Shown: positions 55,432-64,000 of the stretch, piece after piece
Position numbering within the stretch: position 1 is the first letter of the stretch
How the letters are laid out: every line of letters begins with the position of its first letter
Assembly: GCF_006345805.1 (NCBI RefSeq)
Contig: NC_043019.1
Span: 28,085,360-28,149,359 of the forward strand
Source: Octopus sinensis
Lineage: Eukaryota
Direction: 5' to 3'
Length of the DNA stretch: 64,000 nt
The notes under the pieces: generated by a model
The model's input: the letters and a program-made list of their open reading frames with translations, nothing else
Told to the model about the DNA's origin: nothing
The model's database searches: none
Translations under genes and position numbers: made by a program

Positions 55432-56052
55432 AAGCAAAAAAATCTTACCACCTTTCTCTTCATTTTATTTTCTTCATCCCTTAGGCACAAAAAAGCCTGA
55501 AATTTATAGGATGTCTGTTGGAATGTTGTCAGAATTTAACGTTTTGATTACAGTGAATATCCCCCTCAAGTTTACAATTAACTAAGAGATAATGGTAATT
55601 TATTCATTGACCCTGTCGGACCTGGACTCCCAAGCAAAAAGATGTTCTGGTAATACTTGTGTTTGTGAAAACTGCATCAGTGTTTATATTGCTCCTGTGC
55701 TGATCTTTCGCAAAGGTGTTGAAAACAAAACAAAGCCAAATCACTTGGATTAATTATTCAGACATTGTAGTGATTGGTGAGTGACATAAGTTATGACGCT
55801 TGCATTGCAGCTTTGATGTACTGGGTTTCATCCCATTGTGGTATCTTAGCTAAATGTCATTTTTTATAACTTCACATCAACACATACCTCATGGTAGGGA
55901 AATTTGAAAGAAGCCTGTCGGTCGGTATGGCTTTGTGACACTATATTCTACCTGGGAATTATGTTATGGGTACATGCCTGTGGAATGCTGAGCCACAGCC
56001 TTCATCACATTTCTGGTAGTTTTTTTTTATTCAAGTGCTAAAACCTGGAATT

Positions 56053-56319
56053 CTACAATGACCAACTACATAGCATCTTGTTTGTTAGGACAATGGTAGC
56101 TGTCCTCACCAATTCCACATTTAGGGAGTGAAGGATATTGGTGCTGTGATGCTGGTTCAGATTATTAATGTGTTTGCAAAGAGGGCATTGGATTTCATGA
56201 ACTGCAGCAATGATTTTTGACATTTTGATGGTGTGTTCAAGATGTCTCTTGTTGACAAAAAGTTTGTGCTGAGTTACGTTTGGACTTCTCCAGCCCCATG
56301 GAATATTCATAGTGCCCAC
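56053..56319 (-). mobile_element. Possible decayed Tc1/mariner-superfamily transposase C-terminal fragment
   Basis: NIPWG..PNVTQH..KIIAAVHEI loosely resembles DYxxWG.LE.KVN..PH...LK..I; weak. Confidence 0.3.
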
Positions 56320-59300
56320 AAACTCAGAATATAAAGAGTCTCATGCTTATAATGTTCTCAAGATGTTACTGGTTTTGTGCTGCTGGTACAACATTGGTTT
56401 ATTTAGCCTTCCTGATTTTCAATCATCTCAAAAGACAAAAAGAAAGAGCTTGGCAATTTTCAAGTAACAAACATCTGAATGCTTAGCCACACATTATTCT
56501 CACTGACAGTGCAAAAGTTGCTCTTGCATTAATAGTACTACAATCACCAAGCCCAAAGCTGTTAATTCGTTATTCTAATTGAAAAGTTTGTGAACCAATA
56601 GATGCTTAGTATTTCCCTATTTACCAACTGGCTGGTGCCTTATCCATCAATTTCGAGAGTATATTTCTATGTATGCCACCCACTTGAAACACAATAGGAT
56701 GTTGCATTACTCTTCACATCCCATTGACCCATGTGCTCAAGGAAATGGAAAATTTCATAATGGGACCTCAAACCCTGTCACCAACAGGTTTAACCCTTTA
56801 GCTTTCATCATCATCGTTTAACTGCTTTTGTTGCCGGCATGGGTTGGACTGTTTGACGGAGTTGTCTGTGTGCCACCGACGTAGGTGCATTGACACAGCA
56901 CTGGCATGGGTGCTTTTTAAGTGACAGCAACACCTGAAAGGACAAGCCTGTACTTGTGGAAGACAGTGATTTTACTTAGCTTGATGTGTCTTCTCAAGTA
57001 CAGCAAATCGCCATTTCTTCAGTGAGGCCCAGATTAGTCAAATATACTTATTTATTCACATTGTTTTGAAGTCATACATTATCTCGAGGATACAATGATA
57101 TGATTATTTTTAGAGTAACATTCTAGGGTAGGTGTGAGAGGCCAGCTTGAACATAAAGCAGGAAGAATATTAAAGCCATTTAAACACTGAAGGGTTAAAT
57201 GGACATTGCTCTTCAACTCCAACTCCCCTTCATTCAGTAATGCTTTCCTTGTCCTGGTTTCTTCTCATTTTTCCCTCCACACTTGCCTGTTCCTTGTTTC
57301 ATTTCTCTCCTCCCTGTCTAACCTATTCTTAGTCTCCTACTTCCTCTTCATATCTTGCAGTCAGTTTCTGAATCATAAACGAAGTAACACTTTTTTTTAT
57401 TTTCCTTCCATCGACTTAATGAAGAAGGGCTCTGTCCAAATTATGAGATATTCCAACCACCACAGCAATTCCACTTACTCTTTCCCTCAGTGTTAGTACC
57501 ACATAAAATGCACCCAGTACATTCTGTAAGGTGACTGGTATTAGGAAGGGCATCCAGCTGTAGAAGCCATGCTAAAACAGACGATGGAACATTGCATGGC
57601 TCCTAGCCTTGCCAGCAATTGTCAAACTATCCAACCCAATCCAGTATGGAAAGCAGTCATTAAATGACGATTAGGATGTTTGTGTAGTGATTGAAGGGGG
57701 TCTATTTAAAGATCACAGCCTATCAAAGTGAAGCATACCATGCTCAACGGTTAAACAGTGTGGTGCAAATCATCAGATAAACAATCTGTTCCATTCGTGA
57801 AGCAAAATTCACTGGTGTTTGGTAATCTGAAAAAGAGTATTCGAAATTGAATGGAACTTTCAATGTGGCATAATAGAATAACAAAAAGACAGACGAATGA
57901 ATTAAATGGTGTTGCTACAATGCTTCATGAGGATATTTTATGACATAAAATTGTGAGGCAGCGAGCTTGCATTTTATCCATCTTTATATTCTGAGTTTGA
58001 ATTCCACAGTGGCTGTGTTGTAAGTAGCTTGCTTACCAACCACATGGTTCTGGGTTCACTCCCACTGCGTGGCACCTTGGGCAAGTGACTTCTACTATAG
58101 CCTCGGACTGACCAAGTCTTGTGAGTGGATTTGGTAAACAGAAACTGAAAGAGGCCCGTCGTATATATATATGTGTTTGTCCCCCTAACATCGCTTGACA
58201 ACCGATGCTAGTGTGTTTACATCCCCGTAACTTAGCAGTTTGGCAAAAGAGACCAATAGAATAAGTACTAGGCTTATGAAGAACAAGTCCTGGGGTTGTT
58301 TTGCTCGACTGAAGACAGTGCTCCAGCATGGCCACAGTCAAAATGACTGAAACAAGTAAAAGAGTGGTTAACTTTGCCTTTCGTTCTTTCGGAGTTGATA
58401 AATTAAATTCCAGTGAAACACTGGGGTCAATGTAATCAACTGGTCCCCTCTCCAAAAATTTCAGGCCTTCTGCCTATGATAGAAAGGATTATGACATAAA
58501 ATCGTACATTCATTTATGTAAAACATGCAATGTCCATAAACTTAAGCAATACATTGCTATATAATAACCCCAAATTATGTGGCAACCATTTGAGGATCAG
58601 TATTCAAAATGTTGTTAGACTAGCAAGTTCAGTATATCATCATGTAGACCAGGTCTTTTTCTTTTATTCGTTCCAGTCATTTAACTGCGGCCATGCTGGA
58701 GCTCTGCCTTTAGTCGAACAAATCGACCCCAGGACTTATTCTATCGGTCTCTTTTGCTGAACTGCTAAGTTACAGGGGACATAAACAGACCAGCATCAGT
58801 TGTCAAGCGATGTTGGGGGGACAGACACATATATATATATACGACGGGCTTCTTTCAGTTTCCATCTACCAAATCCACTCACAAGGCTTTGGTCAGCCCA
58901 AGGCTATAGTAGAAGACACTTACCCATGGTGCCATGCAGTGGGACTGAACCCGGAACCATGTGGTTGGTAAGCAAGCTACTTACCACACAGACAAGATCT
59001 CTTTATGAAAATTTATAATCAATAAAATAGGTTATACTTCTACAATACAGAAAATATTAAAATATTAAAAGCCGTCCAAGATCCCAAACAAAGTTATACC
59101 AGGGCAAAAAACTCAAATCATCATCATCATTTAACATTCTCCATACTGTCATGGGTTGGACCAAGAGGGCAGCAATATGAAACTCACTAATTCATTTTAG
59201 AAACCAACCACATAAGATTGGCCATTGAAAATATGTGGGAAATAGCAGTGCCCCAGTATGGGCACAATCTTTGGGCTGGAACACATAAATCAGTAATGGA

Positions 59301-60052
59301 ATATTCTTTTACTTGTTTCAGTCATTTGACTGTGGCCATGCTGGAGCACTGCCTTTAGTCGAGCAAATCAACCCAAGGACTTATTCTTTGTAAGCCTAGT
59401 ATTTATTCTATCGGTCTCTTTTGCCGAACTGCTAAGTTAAGGGGATGTAAACATACCAGCATCGGTTGTCAAGTGATGGTAGGGGAACAAACAAACAAAC
59501 ACACATATATATACAACGGGCTTCTTTCAGTTTCCGTCTACCTAATCCACTCACAAGGCTTTGGTCAGCCCAAGGCTATAGTAGAAGACACTTGCCCATG
59601 GTGCCACACAGTGGGACTGAACCAGGAACCATCTCTTATTTGTTCCTGTCATTGGACTGTGGCCATGCTGGGGCACTATCCTGAAAGGATTTAGGTGAAC
59701 AGATCAACCTCAGCACATTTTTGTCTTTTAAGCCGAATGCCTATTCTTTTGTTGAACTGCTGAGTTACTGAGACATAAAGAAGCCAACACAAAGACGCAC
59801 ACATATACATATATATAAAGAAGGGCTTCTTTCAGTTTCTATCTATCAAATTCAGTCATAAGGCTTTAGTTGAACCAGAGCCAACCCAAACATTTGTCCA
59901 ACATGCCATGCATGGGGCCTTTATGAAGTGGTTAGAGTTCTAGAACTGGTGCATTGAAATAAGAGGATCCTATTTTGAAGAAGATTAGAATTTTGTACTT
60001 TTTTAAAATGAAGAAATGTTTCTCCTGAAACTTCTAGAATGCACTTTGTATG

Positions 60053-60108
<56 letters not shown>

Positions 60109-60200
60109 AAAGTTAATCCAAACATGAAGGCACAAAAAACACAACAACGCGAGGACGTGGAACAAATATAGTATTATTGGACGCTCAGGAAAGAAGGAGG

Positions 60201-60235
60201 GTTTAACGTTTCGAGCGGAGCTCTTCGTCGGAAAC
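60201..60235 (-). ncRNA. Minimal type I hammerhead ribozyme-like motif, copy 1
   Basis: Minus strand GUUU-CCGACGA-A-GAGC(UCC)GCUC-GAAA-CGUU/AAAC: helix I GUUU/AAAC, helix II 4 bp, palindromic ACGU helix III; U4C and a GUU triplet are deviations from consensus. Confidence 0.6.
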
Positions 60236-61022
60236 ATAGGAGAAGGAAAAATCCAGAGAAGGGATATCAGGGACATGCTGCCTATGTAGGCAGTGCCTAA
60301 CTTGAATAAAATAGATTGATAGCAGCATTTTCCTTTAATGGCAAAATATGCACTTAATTCAGTATTTTTTTTTTGTAGATAAGGTAGGCATAATTCGCTT
60401 CTGCTTTCCAATCTCAGTATTTAAACTATGTATAGTACTGCTGTAGTACACATGATGCATACACTCCTACAACACCGGTTTCTTTATGTGCTATAAAGGC
60501 AGAAGTAATCTGCCTTCAACTCAGTCGCACGCCTGTGTTTCGTTTATTTTTTGTTTCACTACATAAAAGTCACCAACTGTTCAGTCAGGGTTCAGTCCTT
60601 CTTTCTTTCATATACTCGCTCTTTCCCCTCTTATTATTACTCCCACTGCCACATCAACACTACTATTAATAAAATCATCAACCCTCCTTAAATTTCTTTG
60701 TCTCTCTTTCTCTCCCTCTCTTTTTCTTTTTCTCTCCGTCTGTCTTTGCCACCAGCCTCAGCATATCTATGCCTACTATTACTCTCACCCCAGCATGAAC
60801 AATAGAAGTGTCAATGAATAGAGAAGGGGGCGAAGTGTGACACACTGACACACAGAAATTAGCTTTCACATTTATTATATTAGATACATATATATATATA
60901 TATTATATATATATATGTGTGTGTGTGTGTAAAGTTAATCCAAACATGAAGGCACAAAAAACACAACAACGCGAGGACGTGGAACAAATATAGTATTATT
61001 GGACGCTCAGGAAAGAAGGAGG

Positions 61023-61057
61023 GTTTAACGTTTCGAGCGGAGCTCTTCGTCGGAAAC
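61023..61057 (-). ncRNA. Minimal type I hammerhead ribozyme-like motif, copy 2
   Basis: Identical to copy 1, offset 822 bp. Confidence 0.6.
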
Positions 61058-61712
61058 ATAGGAGAAGGAAAAATCCTGAGAAGGGATATCAGGGACATGC
61101 TGCCTATGTAGGCAGTGCCTAACTTGAATAAAATAGATTGATAGCAGCATTTTCCTTTAATGGCAAAATATGCACTTAATTCAGTATTTTTTTTTTGTAG
61201 ATAAGGTAGGCATAATTCGCTTCTGCTTTCCAATCTCAGTATTTAAACTATGTATAGTACTGCTGTAGTACACATGATGCATACACTCCTACACACCGGT
61301 TTCTTTATGTGCTATAAAGGCAGAAGTAATCTGCCTTCAACTCAGTTGCACGCCTGTGTTTCGTTTATTTTTTGTTTCACTACATAAAAGTCACCAACTG
61401 TTCAGTCAGGGTTCAGTCCTTCTTTCTTTCATATACTCGCTCTTTCCCCTCTTATTATTACTCCCACTGCCACATCAACACTACTATTAATAAAATCATC
61501 AACCCTCCTTAAATTTCTTTGTTTGTCTCTCTTTCTCTCCCTCTCTTTTTCTTTTTCTCTCCGTCTGTCTTTGCCACCAGCCTCAGCATATCTATGCCTA
61601 CTATTACTCTCACCCCAGCATGAACAATAGAAGTGTCAATGAATAGAGAAGGGGGCGAAGTGTGACACACTGACACACAGAAATTAGCTTTCACATTTAT
61701 TATATTAGATAC

Positions 61713-61745
<33 letters not shown>

Positions 61746-61853
61746 ATGTGTGTGTGTGTGTAAAGTTAATCCAAACATGAAGGCACAAAAAACACAACAA
61801 CGCGAGGACGTGGAACAAATATAGTATTATTGGACGCTCAGGAAAGAAGGAGG

Positions 61854-61888
61854 GTTTAACGTTTCGAGCGGAGCTCTTCGTCGGAAAC
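61854..61888 (-). ncRNA. Minimal type I hammerhead ribozyme-like motif, copy 3
   Basis: Identical to copy 1, offset 831 bp from copy 2. Confidence 0.6.
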
Positions 61889-62537
61889 ATAGGAGAAGGA
61901 AAAATCCTGAGAAGGGATATCAGGGACATGCTGCCTATGTAGGCAGTGCCTAACTTGAATAAAATAGATTGATAGCAGCATTTTCCTTTAATGGCAAAAT
62001 ATGCACTTAATTCAGTATTTTTTTTTTGTAGATAAGGTAGGCATAATTCGCTTCTGCTTTCCAATCTCAGTATTTAAACTATGTATAGTACTGCTGTAGT
62101 ACACATGATGCATACACTCCTACAACACCGGTTTCTTTATGTGCTATAAAGGCAGAAGTAAATCTGCCTTCAACTCAGTTGCACGCCTGTGTTTCGTTTA
62201 TTTTTTGTTTCACTACATAAAAGTCACCAACTGTTCAGTCAGGGTTCAGTCCTTCTTTCTTTCATATACTCGCTCTTTCCCCTCTTATTATTACTCCCAC
62301 TGCCACATCAACACTACTATTAATAAAATCATCAACCCTCCTTAAATTTCTTTGTCTCTCTTTCTCTCCCTCTCTTTTTCTTTTTCTCTCCGTCTGTCTT
62401 TGCCACCAGCCTCAGCATATCTATGCCTACTATTACTCTCACCCCAGCATGAACAATAGAAGTGTCAATGAATAGAGAAGGGGGCGAAGTGTGACACACT
62501 GACACACAGAAATTAGCTTTCACATTTATTATATTAG

Positions 62538-62579
<42 letters not shown>

Positions 62580-63083
62580 CATAAAGCAACTTCCATTTCC
62601 CAATATATTCCTGCAGCCATGCTTTCTCCTCTCTACTATACTCCATCCTTAACTCTTCTTTATCTACTATTACTCTCAATATCCAAACAACCCCACCCCT
62701 GAGCCACTCCTGTATCTCCCACCACTAATTATTACAGTCACCTCTATCCCATCTAACCATCTCTCAGTACATTCTTATGAAGCTTTCCCCTTTGTCCTCT
62801 CCTGCCCACCCACCCAGTCTAATCTTCGGTATGACTTCCCTTATATTCTCCTCCCACGTGTGGTCCCAGGAATTTTTCAAAGAGAGGAGACAAGGACAGA
62901 AGGGAATACAATTCCAGGAGAAAATGGCGTAATAACATTATTAAGAAGGGTACACTTCTTTTCTTGAGTGGGGACACATGCTTCTCAGGTCCCCACTTGG
63001 GTCCACCCCCGCCTCCCATTGTACCTTGATGGTATGTCCTGACACATATCTGCCACCATCTTTCCCACTTTCTCTATGTTTCT

Positions 63084-63322
63084 TATTTCTTTATTGCCCA
63101 CAGGGGGCTAAACATAGAGGGGACAAACAAGAACAGACAAACGGATTAAGTCGATTACATCGACCCCAGTGCGTAACTGGTACTTATTTAATCGACCCCG
63201 AAAAGATGAAAGGCAAAGTCGACCTCAGCAGAATTTGAACTCAGAACGTAACGGCAGACGAAATACCGCAAAGCATTTCGCCCGGCGTGCTAACGTTTCT
63301 GTCAGCTCACCGCCTTTTTCTC
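63084..63322 (-). mobile_element. Full-length tRNA-derived SINE with 12-bp TSD
   Basis: TSD CTCTATGTTTCT at 63072-83 and 63323-34. Confidence 0.9.
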
Positions 63323-63854
63323 CTCTATGTTTCTGTCTCTCTCTAAGTCTCCTCCCTTCTCTTCTATCTGGGATATCCTTGTACCTTTTATACAGCAAGA
63401 CACCTATTTCTGTCCCTCTGTTTCTCTTTTAACCTCTCAGTAACTGGAACAAACCCACCTCCTTCAATATTAATCTCCTAGTCTAGGGGACTTTGTCTTG
63501 GAAGTTACTTGGTGACGCCGCCAGTGATAGTGCAAGGGGGGGGGGCATCCAGTTTGCTCTGTAAATTGGCTGATGTTTGCATGGACATCTAGTCGTAGAA
63601 ACCATGCCGATTCAGACAACGGGGTCTGGCATAGTCCTCTGGCTTGCCAGCTCTTGTCAGACCGTCCAACCCATGCCAGCATGGAAAGACGCCTTTAAAT
63701 ACACACGCACGCGCGCACACACATACACACAATTAATATTAATACATATATATAGCATATGCATATACACGTTTGTTATACATCATATGTGTTATATTAT
63801 AATTTTAAATAATGGCTAATTCTTAAATAAATAAATAATATTTTACGACATTTA

Positions 63855-63913
63855 CCGGAAATCGGAAGTCGTGAAACAAGTCATAATGTTTATGGAAACT
63901 CAAGATGGTTAGT
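63855..63913 (+). promoter_or_regulatory. Probable promoter and first exon of a downstream gene
   Basis: Two ETS-like sites (CCGGAA 63855, CGGAAGT 63863), ATG TTT ATG GAA ACT CAA GAT G then a gttagt donor at 63908, followed by pyrimidine-rich intron-like sequence. Confidence 0.45.
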
Positions 63914-64000
63914 ACCAAAATCTCTTCTCCATGTCTTATATTTCTCCCTCTCTCTCTTTTCTATTTTTCTTCACTACTAGATGATGTCATTCCTGTTTGT

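Larger units (their letters stand above)
60055..62577. repeat. Three head-to-tail copies of a ~826-bp unit separated by (TA)n(TG)n
   Basis: Units differ by only a few substitutions or small indels outside the microsatellite; the ORF track repeats with 822/831 offsets. Confidence 0.97.

Noticed and set aside
57974-59694. Numerous 60-140 aa ORFs with recurrent peptides (GTEPGTMWLVSKLLTTQP, RPRKDERQSRP)
   Set aside because: Translations of abundant SINE copies, not genes.

Overview
AT-rich, microsatellite- and SINE-dense animal genomic DNA, most likely Octopus (inferred from the repeat landscape). Two protein-coding genes lie head-to-head on a very short shared promoter near 49.9 kb. On the minus strand is a sorting nexin-29 orthologue (RUN domain, coiled coil, PX domain): 20 phase-consistent coding exons reconstructed by hand from 49454 to 205, continuing past the window start. 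On the plus strand is ribosomal protein RPL10/uL16 (TCT/5'TOP start, 5 coding exons, 219 aa). The last ~150 bp probably hold the promoter and first exon of another gene. Introns carry tRNA-derived SINEs, CR1, Tx1/L1-like and R4/Dong-like LINE fragments, mariner and Helitron remnants, TTAA-flanked MITEs, three tandem tRNA-Arg pseudogenes and a 100-bp ACGT-rich satellite. Main hunt results: (1) a triplicated ~826-bp unit, each copy with a minimal type I hammerhead ribozyme motif; (2) up to four H/ACA snoRNA candidates, one per RPL10 intron, with predictable rRNA targets; (3) a 212-bp near-perfect inverted templated insertion inside a SINE; (4) an exact ETS-CRE composite motif in the bidirectional promoter; (5) a CpG-retaining island inside SNX29 intron 1. 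All work was by eye. Comparisons to human or yeast sequences are from recall and need database confirmation.
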